A DNA stretch of 64,000 bases from a virus. The stretch spans positions 5,911 through 69,910 of IMG/VR virus record IMGVR_UViG_3300042451_000817. The stretch is one strand, 5' to 3'. The translations under genes were made by a program, and so were the position numbers. Each line of letters begins with the position of its first letter. Positions within the stretch are counted from its first letter, which is position 1. Shown one piece after another: positions 39,701 to 49,544 of this stretch. The notes under the pieces are model-generated. The model was not told where the DNA came from and did not search any database. It saw only the letters and a program-made list of their open reading frames with translations.

Positions 39701-39829
39701 TTGGGTAAATTCAAAATTTCCTTGCGTAAGACCTCCTCCTTGAACTAGTTGTAGTCCTACTAAATTATCAGAAAATGTTCCTTTTCCCGAAGGTGTCTGG
39801 GGTGGGCAAGTATATTTATTATTCGCCAT
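36797..39829 (-). CDS. Baseplate wedge/tail protein (gp7/P2 gpI-like motif)
   Basis: 'IPSQLLKNLAQTLGW' and 'YLFKSKGTRKSVEILLKLIG'. Confidence 0.65.
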   Translation of the reverse strand: MANNKYTCPPQTPSGKGTFSDNLVGLQLVQGGGLTQGNFEFTQSVSEKTNRNFITGVFSEPINLEKLNIDSVNQSKAIAENNFKVYPNFDLSEVTNFTVYGSLSKRVSASITVIISQFPAGLECNFFGADYSTGNTAENISFNETTNETSFILQVSKIRNPLGIDFTVNSDRNLSLREIEVSSLRNMTAEYSKYSLYFNGGGYQVKGIVPTQSLSSGDLKIYVEGDPFSGQSSVTNDILIRPNDYEVNKVFKENLDEVENFLLNRTSFPIYTAVFNVPKENSEGTYFIEKVGITWPLNGLWNLDITSNYFQDYLVKLNETCEFFDTFRTNLVSRFLTTGAFSEFDTVGRKMEKVLQIYGRSFDETQKFVNALAYMNSVNYNVGNDIPSQLLKNLAQTLGWSTNISPISSEDFLNSVFGTTNSEKSQFSGEPIPKTPDELNYQFYRNLVLNSAYLFKSKGTRKSVEILLKLIGAPEALIDFNEYVYVADQKINLQQFETQFARISGGTYVEEIPVLNPSEVFTIYGVQYTGFTTEEVVLSADSERSDYPIDEFGYPSTPPETDTYFFQSGSGWFEQTPQHRAPEQLNLTGNVFTGSNPNYQTSLAPYSYGQDYLDRFRNFPYMKLGYFLTQQIDNNKSWTDSENGYRRNLDGNYNALYYTADERLVLNVKNVDLFLNPSQGILYDIWYMSREFNYPIPNSGLDFTPSTVVPSLLSSLRTSTPLSLNAPYPYKPIDETIINPQPKQKTFFEFAQTFWKNMINVRDRQYATNGKTMGYPTLESIYWKYLQSEQNVGIENNNFNYETMTEYVNGIGDYWIRLVEQMMPASTIWNTGSRFENSIFHRQKFAWRRQRGCNLVPVPCEPCSFKTNVFAKDCPVESTECGLYPGVSFNNVLSTTLNNYLVLNGYELNDCNTNSLSSVWYVDLRVDDVVLVSESFFTGYGYNIVNLSTPTSSQWEDALINGLDSLNDYGYGYLLTDDDTVIIYNEVCSVSDLEINFKINIGVEFNIDCN

Positions 39830-40737
39830 TATTGAGTAATATTTGTAAAGTTTTTAGTAAAATCAATATTATCTTTTCTATCTTGTCTAACCTCGTAAAG
39901 TAATTCGTTGAATTGGTCTCTAATTTCGTATAGGTTATATTGTTTGTAAATGTTATTATTAGAGTCGTAAAGAGTATACATACCATCTTCCATAGATTTA
40001 CTTTGATTACCGTAAAGAGCAATTGCAAGTGTTGAGAAGTCGTGTTCCGCCATTTCAATGTCTAATGTGATAGGATTAAAAAATGTATTAGTAACTATGA
40101 TGTCTTGATCAGGTTGTCCAATATAAGGGACTGCAATTGGTTTATTACTTGGTGCCGCTGATGGTGTTAATGTACAAAATATTAACCCTGTATTACTATC
40201 ACTATATCTATATCTGATAGCTTTTTGAGAACTATTAGTTAAATTTTGTACTACAGGTTCACAAAAAAAAGAAGAGGTAATTATTCTAAAGAAATTAGGT
40301 ATTTTAGTCCCGTTTGTATTTAAGTACTCGATTCTAAACCCTACAAGTCCCTGATTTACAAATTTATTTCTAAACTGAGTGGGGACATTATTTAAATCTA
40401 TAACTAATCCTCTGACATTAGGTAATGCCGATAAAACACCGCAATCTAGTATTTTTGTTCTTATTTCCGCCGGTCTAATTAATAATGTATATATTCCAAT
40501 TTTATTGAAGATGTCCGCCGGTAATTTTAAATTATATAATCCTCCCAATAATTCAATACCATTATTACCACCTGTACTATCATTGTTAAAATAAGGTTTT
40601 AAAATTGAGGGGGTATCTAATTTTGTTAATACAAAATTATCTGTATTATCCCTAGATGGAGTATAATTTAAAATTATATCAACATCTTCAGGGGAAACGT
40701 CCGCGGGTCTTATTGTTCCGTAAATTCCAACTGCCAT
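39829..40737 (-). CDS. Putative structural protein
   Basis: 302 aa, in the tail operon, preceded by TATTTAT. Confidence 0.65.
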   Translation of the reverse strand: MAVGIYGTIRPADVSPEDVDIILNYTPSRDNTDNFVLTKLDTPSILKPYFNNDSTGGNNGIELLGGLYNLKLPADIFNKIGIYTLLIRPAEIRTKILDCGVLSALPNVRGLVIDLNNVPTQFRNKFVNQGLVGFRIEYLNTNGTKIPNFFRIITSSFFCEPVVQNLTNSSQKAIRYRYSDSNTGLIFCTLTPSAAPSNKPIAVPYIGQPDQDIIVTNTFFNPITLDIEMAEHDFSTLAIALYGNQSKSMEDGMYTLYDSNNNIYKQYNLYEIRDQFNELLYEVRQDRKDNIDFTKNFTNITQ

Positions 40738-40753
40738 ATTTATAAATACTTAA

Positions 40754-41929
40754 TTATTCATTTATTATATTAAAAAACTTATACCCATATTTGGTTAAAT
40801 CTCCAACATTATCAACTTCTCCCAATCTTTGCAAACTTTCAAGTGCCGATATTTTACCTCTTTCAACCATTACATCACTTTGAATTAATGGTTCGTCAAT
40901 AACATTTAATAAAACCTCGTCTTTGGTTATTGCGGAACAAATTAACATATCTTGAGTATAACCGGATGATGATACCTCAAAAATTGTAGTTCCTCCTGAA
41001 TAATCCTTATATGAAATGTCGTTTATTGTATATGATGTATAAGAATTATCTGAAGAAGGTCCGAAGAATGTACCAATACACCCTGAAGTTCCGGTAACTT
41101 GTATACCGAGTTTAAATTTACCAGCATATAAACTTGTTTTAGGTCCATATTGTTGTAAATCATTAACGGATGATGTTGTATATCCCGTAACTAAAAATGG
41201 TACCGTGGTATAGTTACTACTAATTTGTGAGTTCGCATCACAATACGAATCTCCTGTAAAAATATAGTCGTAATTAACAGGTGTTGCCGACCAGTTACCC
41301 CCTTGAGGATAAAAGGTTGCGGTTCCGTATGGGTTTGATATAACCGCATCTGTAAATGGTACTATTATATCTTTTTTTATTATATTAACCCCCCAAGGAC
41401 TTACCCCCGAAAAGGTTATTGTAAAATTACCATTAGATCCGTAAGTATGGATATAATAATCAGGTGATGAAGTGGTTATTGTCTGTATTGGCGTTCCGTC
41501 GCCCCAATCTAAATTAAAATCACTAAATTGTAAGTATTTTTTATCACTATCATAAGTGTTGTAAAAATAGTAAGTGTAAGGGTCTATAGTTGTTGATGAA
41601 AATAAAAAATTTAACATCGTATCTTTTTGTAAAACCGCCCCATCAAAAACACTATAATAACCCAAATCAATTGTTTCTTGAGTTAATAATATAGGTATTG
41701 TTAACCCTGTTAACAATGATGTTTGTCCCGTCCCTCCCGATAAAACTTGCGTCATCGATGAATACACATAAGTTATACCAGTATACTTTGAGGTTGTGGT
41801 TGTTGTAACTATATCACAACAAGGGTCATCAATAATATTAGGAAATATTTCACCATAACTATAAGTTACAGGATAAATAGTATTAACAACTTCAGGTGAT
41901 ATTTTTATATAATATTTTCTATCTTCCAT
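40754..41929 (-). CDS. Structural protein with PKD-like domain
   Basis: 'LDWGDGTP...HTYGSNGNFTIT'; short Thr tract. Confidence 0.65.
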   Translation of the reverse strand: MEDRKYYIKISPEVVNTIYPVTYSYGEIFPNIIDDPCCDIVTTTTTSKYTGITYVYSSMTQVLSGGTGQTSLLTGLTIPILLTQETIDLGYYSVFDGAVLQKDTMLNFLFSSTTIDPYTYYFYNTYDSDKKYLQFSDFNLDWGDGTPIQTITTSSPDYYIHTYGSNGNFTITFSGVSPWGVNIIKKDIIVPFTDAVISNPYGTATFYPQGGNWSATPVNYDYIFTGDSYCDANSQISSNYTTVPFLVTGYTTSSVNDLQQYGPKTSLYAGKFKLGIQVTGTSGCIGTFFGPSSDNSYTSYTINDISYKDYSGGTTIFEVSSSGYTQDMLICSAITKDEVLLNVIDEPLIQSDVMVERGKISALESLQRLGEVDNVGDLTKYGYKFFNIINE

Positions 41930-42759
41930 TAAGGATTAACATATTCATACCATTTTATGGGTTGAGTTGTTCCGACTCTATTGTTTGAATAATTAAAAAC
42001 TTTATAAGTTTTTTTCGCTTTATCTAAAACAACTTTATAATAAAAGTATCTATCGGGTCTAAAGTTAAATTTATCCGATAAAGATGATTGTGGGGTGGTC
42101 ATCATTTTCACATACTCCCCTCTTCTTGCGTCAAAAAATTTTGCGGTCATATAGAAAGTATTAATATTTAAAAATCCACTATCTCTTAACCAATATATAA
42201 AAAAACCTTCTTTATCACCAATAAAATCCAAATTAAAATAAGGTTTCTTTATTTTAACGGGTGGTTTGTAAGTTGAGATTGTTTTAGTTTCAGTATCTCC
42301 TTGTTGTGTTGGTAATATTATCGTTAGATAATTAGTCTGTTTAGCACTATCCGCACTATCATAAAAATCCAATTTAAAAAATGATTTTGTGAAAGGTTTT
42401 TCAAAATAATACACTTGTGAGGTTGAGAACCCGTCGCTAACATAACTATCAAAAACATAACTATTAACCCAATTTGAGGGTGATGTTGAAGCTGTCACAG
42501 GTGATGTTATATTATAAAAATTAAATTCGTATTTTATTTTTGTTAATGTAACAGGTTCAGCCCCGTTAGTGTAAGGATCGTGAGAATATCTACTAACCTC
42601 AAAATCTTCAGGAGCACCAACTATTTCTGTTACTACTTGGTCTTCATAAATTTCAATTAAATCGTCTTTACCCAAATAATCCCATTTTAACTCTATAGGA
42701 ATATTAAAGGCGGTATCACCACTAGGTAAAGTAAAATAATATTTATCATTCACAATCAT
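41929..42759 (-). CDS. Putative structural protein
   Basis: 276 aa aromatic beta-rich ORF in the tail operon. Confidence 0.65.
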   Translation of the reverse strand: MIVNDKYYFTLPSGDTAFNIPIELKWDYLGKDDLIEIYEDQVVTEIVGAPEDFEVSRYSHDPYTNGAEPVTLTKIKYEFNFYNITSPVTASTSPSNWVNSYVFDSYVSDGFSTSQVYYFEKPFTKSFFKLDFYDSADSAKQTNYLTIILPTQQGDTETKTISTYKPPVKIKKPYFNLDFIGDKEGFFIYWLRDSGFLNINTFYMTAKFFDARRGEYVKMMTTPQSSLSDKFNFRPDRYFYYKVVLDKAKKTYKVFNYSNNRVGTTQPIKWYEYVNP

Positions 42760-44485
42760 CTATCGTAGGTTCGGCTATTATTGTCTGTTCATTATAATTA
42801 GTTCCTTCCGGTATTATTCTAAAAATAATATTAGTAAAAGGATAATGTTTACCATTTAAAAATGGATAATTAACCCCAATAAAATCACTATCAATAAAAC
42901 CATAAGAGTATATGTCTCTCCAAATAAATTTTTGTACGGTTGTTGAATAATATGAGTAATTAGGTATGTTAACTCCTGTTGTATCTCCCTCTTCAATATA
43001 TGGTGAAAACACTCTAAGAGTTATTGGGTGATGTGGTTGATAATAATATCCTAAAGGGTTTGTGGGAATCACAGAATTAATTTTAAAATGTGTCCCGTTG
43101 AAAGTGAATTTATGATATATTTTTGATAACACTCTTTCTTGTTGTTCATAATCATTCCACTCGCAAAAATCGCCATCTATTAAATCCCCATTCTTTAAAG
43201 ATTTATTATATTTAAAAGGCCCTGAACCTAATGTTGTCGTATATGCGGATGTTTGTATTCCAGTATTTGACGCCGAAGATGGTGAACTTGTTTTATCCCA
43301 CCAAATATTAGGTTGTAGGTTCGCAGGACTTAATGGTAAATTAAATTCCCAACCTTGTTTTAACCCGTCAGTCCATCCAAAATATCCAACCCAAATAGCG
43401 GTGAAAAATAATTCCGTTATAGGTCTTTTTTGATTATCTAATAATTCACTAACGTCTATATCATTATTAAATGATAAAGTATAGGATTGTGAACCTTCAA
43501 TTGTGGTTATTTTTTCTTTATTGTCAGGTGTTAGTGACGCACTTTCATACTTTTTTTTAGTTCCAAATATATTTTGCTCAAAACCGGCCTTAACTAATAT
43601 CGATTCAGATAAATCTGTTAATATTTTATGTCTTTTAACGTAGTATTTTGAAGTGGTGTCTGTAGGATTATCTTTAACTACAACCCTTTTAGCTGTTCCG
43701 GTAACGTTACTATTGAATGTTGTTCCCGTGTAACCAACGTTTATTATGTTAAAATAATATTCATCACTTCCTGAAGTTCCATTACCTAAAGAATCGATTT
43801 CAAATGTATCATCACCGTCATAATCAATACTTAATTTAACCGCCTCTCCCACGGATAATCCGTGTTTAACAGGACATTTAAACGATATTATATTTATTCC
43901 ATTCTCATTACCCGTTTCAATTATAAATGGTATACCTTCAGAACAAATCCAATCAATTGTAACATTATTTTGATTTATATAGTATAATTTTCTTGTCGTT
44001 GAATTACTAAAAGGGTAGCTGAGAAAAAAATTCCAATTATAGGTTGACGCACTTATATTTGAAAATTTTAAATGCTCGTCAGGTGGTTGTGTATACCCTT
44101 CAACATTATTATCAGTTCTTATAAAGTCAAATTCATTATATAGTGGAAAACCGCTCCACGCAACACTTGGGTTAGGTGGACAAGAATCTATCGCAGATTG
44201 TTTAGCATTTATATAGGATAAGTTATTCTCAAAAGGAGGGTAATTAGTAAAACCCGCGTACGAATTTTTAAATATCACACTAAATTTAGCCGCGGGTCTA
44301 AATATTGTCGATTCTTGCCTTTCTTTGTCAAAAACATCCTGTAATCCGACAACAACACTTCTATCGTATTCGATTAAAAGTTTTGAAGTTTGAGCTAATG
44401 GTAATTTATATTCGGAATCTTTTTTAGGTGCCGTTTTATACCTTAAATTAGGTAATACTATTCTATTTTCAAATCTGTTACCCAT
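42746..44485 (-). CDS. Putative structural protein
   Basis: 579 aa, 'HGLSVGEAV' phage structural motif. Confidence 0.65.
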   Translation of the reverse strand: MGNRFENRIVLPNLRYKTAPKKDSEYKLPLAQTSKLLIEYDRSVVVGLQDVFDKERQESTIFRPAAKFSVIFKNSYAGFTNYPPFENNLSYINAKQSAIDSCPPNPSVAWSGFPLYNEFDFIRTDNNVEGYTQPPDEHLKFSNISASTYNWNFFLSYPFSNSTTRKLYYINQNNVTIDWICSEGIPFIIETGNENGINIISFKCPVKHGLSVGEAVKLSIDYDGDDTFEIDSLGNGTSGSDEYYFNIINVGYTGTTFNSNVTGTAKRVVVKDNPTDTTSKYYVKRHKILTDLSESILVKAGFEQNIFGTKKKYESASLTPDNKEKITTIEGSQSYTLSFNNDIDVSELLDNQKRPITELFFTAIWVGYFGWTDGLKQGWEFNLPLSPANLQPNIWWDKTSSPSSASNTGIQTSAYTTTLGSGPFKYNKSLKNGDLIDGDFCEWNDYEQQERVLSKIYHKFTFNGTHFKINSVIPTNPLGYYYQPHHPITLRVFSPYIEEGDTTGVNIPNYSYYSTTVQKFIWRDIYSYGFIDSDFIGVNYPFLNGKHYPFTNIIFRIIPEGTNYNEQTIIAEPTIDDCE

Positions 44486-44486
44486 C

Positions 44487-47400
44487 TTAATCTATTACAT
44501 TATCACTATTTATCCATTTCCTATAAAATTTGTCAAATGAACTTCTACCTTTTTTAAGTCCAAAATAAAAATAATACGGAGCTCCTACCGTAATAACCCT
44601 TGGTAAGGGATAATTACCGCTTTGTGAGTTAGGATTTGGGTCTAATTCTCCCGTTGAGGGGTTTCTTGAGAATATATATCCTTTAAAATAATCTGTAGTA
44701 CTTCCATTACCCCTAAAATACCTTGAGGATGCGTTGAGTCTATCTAAAGTCTGATATCTATAACTTAAAAACTTATTATCTAGTTTATCCGAATACCATT
44801 CATTTTTTTGGGACCCAAAAATACTATCCCCTGAAGGATTTTGTTTAATCTCCCATTGATATAAAGGTATTTCTTGTGAAAAAGTTGGTATATTGTTAAA
44901 TGAACATTGTTGTGTTATTGGTGCTGTAGTATCGATAATTTCTCTTCTTGGTGAAATAAAATCTCTAATTTGAGTATCTGATGAGAAAAATATTCCAAAA
45001 ATTCCATCGCTAGAGTTACCATTATTAAAATATATAGGGTCTTGTCCTGTTGGATTGGTTGGATAATTTGCCGAATCAAATTCATTGACACCTAACTCGG
45101 AATTTATAGAAACCATTTGAGCGTAGTCAGCGTCAACAAATTTATTACTTCTACTAAAAAATCTAAGAATGTTAGTCCCTCCTATCATCTGACTTCCTAT
45201 TGAGGTGTTTGCCAATCTAGATAAAACAAAAATATTAACAACATCTGAAACATCACCAAAAGTGGTTGTGTTTAGTCTGTTAAGAATATAACCATCATAT
45301 TTATCGGAATATATAATTTCTTGTATATAGTTATTTCTAGGTCCCAAATCAATAATTGTTGTGGGATTTTTTAAATTTCTAATATTACCATCTTGTCCTG
45401 AAGATATTCCAATAAAATATTGTTCGCTGGCCCCCGAATAATAAGGGGTACTTCTGTAATAGAAGTTTTTATCATTATTATTAAGATAAATCATTTTAGT
45501 ACAAATATCACTATAAGGCTGATTGTTAGAATCAAAAAACCTTTCATTTTTAAATGAAGGTGCGTATAATGTACCGTTAATCCAATTATTTGTAAAAACG
45601 TGTGAAAAAACATTTCTACACGCTGCGAATGTTATATTTGTTCTTGACATCCATTCGGTAAATAATTTAATATCGTCCACTATTGATAGAAATGGTCTGG
45701 TTACTATAATATAACATCCGTTATTAAAAATTTGTTTTCCCCCCATTTTTTGACAATCACCGTACTGAACATAAAACTCTCCATTTGAGTACCCATAACA
45801 CCCCAAATTAACACTTTTATCACAATTATTTAAACTTTCAACAACTTGACTATTTATTGCGGTTGTAGGGTCTCCGTCATAATTTCCAGGACTTGTTGAT
45901 GGATTTGTTCCCGATATATTATTAGGAATAACCCCATCATCGGAAATTTTGTAAATTGTAAAGTTATCATTTTGTTGTAATAATAAAGACGTATCACAAT
46001 TATCTATTTTATTAGTCGATGTGGGTAATCTATCGGATCTCATAACAATTTTTCTTCCACTAATCCCCCCATCAAAGTACATTGGAGATGAAGTATCATA
46101 TATTGGTGATATATAACCAGCATAAACTACAGGATTTAATGGTGACGTAGGATAAGGAATTGTTGCATCCATCATCATTAATGACCCCCCTTCAACTATT
46201 TCATTAATATAATAACCTCTATTTTGGGTAGGCGTAAATATTATATTATTAAATTCAAATTTATAATATGTACAAGGAACCGTTTCAATAACGTTCCACT
46301 CTCTAGTAAAATGATTGTTTATATTAACTCTAAGTCCATTAGAGCTTGTTTCCGCACCCGTAGATACCGATACAAAACAAGAGCACGATGGTGTAAATAA
46401 GGAATTATTATTATCTAAATTAGAATAGTATTTTGGTAAAACACTATTAAATTGTAAGAAACTCGATGGTTGGTAATTAAAAGTATCATAATATAAATCC
46501 ATATTTGAGTATATGTCGTTGTCACTATTAGTGGCTAAACTATGTCTCACATTTTTAAATCCTCCGTTTATAGGTATATTTAACTTATAATTTCCTCTAA
46601 ATTTAATAAAACCAAAATTAGAATAACCAAATATTTTACTTAAATCATATTCAATATCGACTCTAGTTGAATATGGGTCTACCCCTCTTACCAGAAATAA
46701 AACTATCTGTTGTTGATACTCGGTATAGGACGTTAAAGGGTTATCGCTAGTATCTGTAACACAATTATTATTTGATGGGTTAGAATCGATATTAAGTCGA
46801 TTAATCCTCATATCATTATTAAGATATCTCTTGTTTAACGAATTATCTAACGATGTGTCACATTGAGAATTAAAATCGCTATATGTCATTGCGGTGATTA
46901 CTTGAAAATACTCAATGTCTGAAGGATATTTGCTGTAATTCGTGTCATTAGGGTTTGGCGGAGGGATTTGATAGGTAACACTGCCAGTTATCCCATTAGA
47001 TTTTACATAATTTATATTTATGTTTGTGTTATTTAAAGATGTCCCAGTAACCGCGTTATTACTAAAAGCGTTTTGGGTGGATCCGGTTAAATTCTTATCG
47101 GTACTTAAATCAGGGTTTTGGAATGTCATTATCATTCCGGGGCTAATATAATCAATACTATATTTATCTAAAAGAATAACTAAAACATTATCGGTATGAT
47201 AATCATTAGGGTCAGGATTTAATGTCGGTTCTATTCTAACTTTAATCTGGTTAACCCCCCCACCAGGATTTGTTGGCGAATTTTCGAAATATTTCGCCTT
47301 TGTGTTAAATAAATTTATTCTTTCGGGTAATGTTAAACTACTACTAAAATAATAATATTGGTCAGAACCCAAAGAACCTTGATATATGTAGGGTATTTTT

Positions 47401-49463
47401 GTTTCACAACTAGGTATTGTTGTGGTTGGGTATCCTCCTAACACGTTGTTAGTATTATTAATATTTTGATTCGCGCTTCCTTGATTATATGATGAACTAT
47501 TAAAACTTAAAATTGTGATGGTCTCTAAATCGGTATTTAAATTAACACCACTAGGTATAAAATCGGAAGGGGTATTTATTGTTGGAGCACTTATTGAGGG
47601 GGAGTCGGAACAATTACAAAATTCACATTGATCATATAATAATAATGGAATATTCAAACCCGACAATTTAGCGTCTTGTAATTTTTGGTAAAGTGCCACC
47701 AATCCAACCGCAACACCTATTTTAAAAACCCCACTAGCTAAAATATTCAAACCTAATAATAATGTCTGAAAATTAAAAGTGACAACAGGACCTGCTGGAC
47801 TTATCCCTGTTGCCCACGCGGATGCTATTGTTGTTCCTCCATCAATTATCGATTGTACTCCCAAATATAGAAAAAAGGCGGCAACAATAATTCCAAAATT
47901 TTTAATAATATCTAAGATAAAAAAAACTACGTGTATTACAAGTATTAAAGGTATTGCGAGTACTCTAGTAACTAACATTAGTAGTTGAAATAATAGAAAT
48001 AATATATCACTCCTATATACTGAGTCGTTTGTCGGGAACTTATTATGTTCGCTTTCACATCTATCATCAAGAACGTTTTTTATAGATACAAATCTATTTG
48101 GTAATGTTCCTGTTCTAAACCTATCAATCATTTGAGATACCGTATACACTTTATTATATACCATAGGGTAGAATGTGTCTTCGCAATCAATTGCCGATTG
48201 TGTGTCAGCATAATCATCCCAATCAAGACTAAAAGAATAAGATTTTTGTTGTAAATTTACATCCACAGAATTTCCTGCGGAATCCCAACCATATTCTCTA
48301 ATATTCGGTACTAAAAAATACCCTCTTTTTATGTTTTCAGATAAAGATGGTGATTGATTCCATTTTACTTTAAATCTATATTTAGCAGTTGTTGGTACAC
48401 CTATTTTTGGATCGTTTGAGATTACTCTTTCTCCGAACTCATTTGTTGTTATATAATCCATATTCATTGGTATATCTAACAACCAAGTTCCGTCTTCATC
48501 TATTACTTGACCCCCATTGTCCAAATCAAAACTTTCAAGTATTGGTCTACCATTTGAATCATCGAATATTGTTTGTCTTATCGCCAAAATTTGTCCGGGT
48601 CCTGCAACTAAATTACATAACTCACCTTGTTTAAATTTTGGTTTACAATTTTTTCTTAATGACAATGTTTCTAAGTCGGATATCATCGACCCCATAAAAA
48701 TTGCTGTAGGTTGTATTGTAATATTCAATTCTTCAGATAAATCAAAATCAACTCTAGTTATACCTAAATTACATACTTCGGGTTGTCCCCATAACGGCTC
48801 AACATTTGTTTGTTTATCAATTGTTACAATTTGCGGTAATCTAGATAAATTAGACGCGGTTTTAAATTTAGTACCGGCGACTTGTTCTTCATTAGCAACA
48901 CCAACCCTGATTAAATCTTGTGGTGATTGTGAAAATTCTCCAATATCAGACAAGTCAACATCCATATGAATTTGTTGTTGTCCTACAGGAACACCAAAAA
49001 TCATAAAATCACCACTATCATTCGTTACTGAAGTATATTTATAATATTTGTCAAAAACCTCAATTATTGTTTGGTTAGTTAGTACTTCATCTTTTGTAAA
49101 AAAACTACCTGTCGGTGAATGTTCACTATATGATTTAACTTTAGGTAGGAGATTATATCTATAACCATCATCATTAGTATCCGTTAATTTTTTATAAGGA
49201 TATAATTCGGTTATTACTGGATTGTTTTCATCTTCATCGGTTAATGGAACAAAGATAGAAACTTTAGAGTTAGGTATTCCAAACCCTCCATTAGTCGTAA
49301 CTCTACCTATAACAACTCCGTAATCTGAACATTGTCTTGTATAAATGTCTGTTTGACTAATTTTAAAAGACAAAACTTCTAAAAACTCAAAATCTTGGTC
49401 TAATAATACTTTAATTGATTTGTCCTTACCTACTTCGGTTCTAACCCTATATGAATTTGACAT
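44487..49463 (-). CDS. Large baseplate/tail-associated protein with internal hydrophobic helices
   Basis: 1658 aa; N-terminal carboxypeptidase-regulatory-like 'GRV...GIPNSKVSIF...TNDSGDFMIFGVPVG'; hydrophobic block at about aa 485-590. Confidence 0.65.
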   Translation of the reverse strand: MSNSYRVRTEVGKDKSIKVLLDQDFEFLEVLSFKISQTDIYTRQCSDYGVVIGRVTTNGGFGIPNSKVSIFVPLTDEDENNPVITELYPYKKLTDTNDDGYRYNLLPKVKSYSEHSPTGSFFTKDEVLTNQTIIEVFDKYYKYTSVTNDSGDFMIFGVPVGQQQIHMDVDLSDIGEFSQSPQDLIRVGVANEEQVAGTKFKTASNLSRLPQIVTIDKQTNVEPLWGQPEVCNLGITRVDFDLSEELNITIQPTAIFMGSMISDLETLSLRKNCKPKFKQGELCNLVAGPGQILAIRQTIFDDSNGRPILESFDLDNGGQVIDEDGTWLLDIPMNMDYITTNEFGERVISNDPKIGVPTTAKYRFKVKWNQSPSLSENIKRGYFLVPNIREYGWDSAGNSVDVNLQQKSYSFSLDWDDYADTQSAIDCEDTFYPMVYNKVYTVSQMIDRFRTGTLPNRFVSIKNVLDDRCESEHNKFPTNDSVYRSDILFLLFQLLMLVTRVLAIPLILVIHVVFFILDIIKNFGIIVAAFFLYLGVQSIIDGGTTIASAWATGISPAGPVVTFNFQTLLLGLNILASGVFKIGVAVGLVALYQKLQDAKLSGLNIPLLLYDQCEFCNCSDSPSISAPTINTPSDFIPSGVNLNTDLETITILSFNSSSYNQGSANQNINNTNNVLGGYPTTTIPSCETKIPYIYQGSLGSDQYYYFSSSLTLPERINLFNTKAKYFENSPTNPGGGVNQIKVRIEPTLNPDPNDYHTDNVLVILLDKYSIDYISPGMIMTFQNPDLSTDKNLTGSTQNAFSNNAVTGTSLNNTNININYVKSNGITGSVTYQIPPPNPNDTNYSKYPSDIEYFQVITAMTYSDFNSQCDTSLDNSLNKRYLNNDMRINRLNIDSNPSNNNCVTDTSDNPLTSYTEYQQQIVLFLVRGVDPYSTRVDIEYDLSKIFGYSNFGFIKFRGNYKLNIPINGGFKNVRHSLATNSDNDIYSNMDLYYDTFNYQPSSFLQFNSVLPKYYSNLDNNNSLFTPSCSCFVSVSTGAETSSNGLRVNINNHFTREWNVIETVPCTYYKFEFNNIIFTPTQNRGYYINEIVEGGSLMMMDATIPYPTSPLNPVVYAGYISPIYDTSSPMYFDGGISGRKIVMRSDRLPTSTNKIDNCDTSLLLQQNDNFTIYKISDDGVIPNNISGTNPSTSPGNYDGDPTTAINSQVVESLNNCDKSVNLGCYGYSNGEFYVQYGDCQKMGGKQIFNNGCYIIVTRPFLSIVDDIKLFTEWMSRTNITFAACRNVFSHVFTNNWINGTLYAPSFKNERFFDSNNQPYSDICTKMIYLNNNDKNFYYRSTPYYSGASEQYFIGISSGQDGNIRNLKNPTTIIDLGPRNNYIQEIIYSDKYDGYILNRLNTTTFGDVSDVVNIFVLSRLANTSIGSQMIGGTNILRFFSRSNKFVDADYAQMVSINSELGVNEFDSANYPTNPTGQDPIYFNNGNSSDGIFGIFFSSDTQIRDFISPRREIIDTTAPITQQCSFNNIPTFSQEIPLYQWEIKQNPSGDSIFGSQKNEWYSDKLDNKFLSYRYQTLDRLNASSRYFRGNGSTTDYFKGYIFSRNPSTGELDPNPNSQSGNYPLPRVITVGAPYYFYFGLKKGRSSFDKFYRKWINSDNVID

Positions 49464-49544
49464 TTACTTAATAATCTTTTTTTTGATAAATAGTTTATGA
49501 CCTATTTTTCAAAAATATAGTTTACGATTTAATAAAATAAATTA

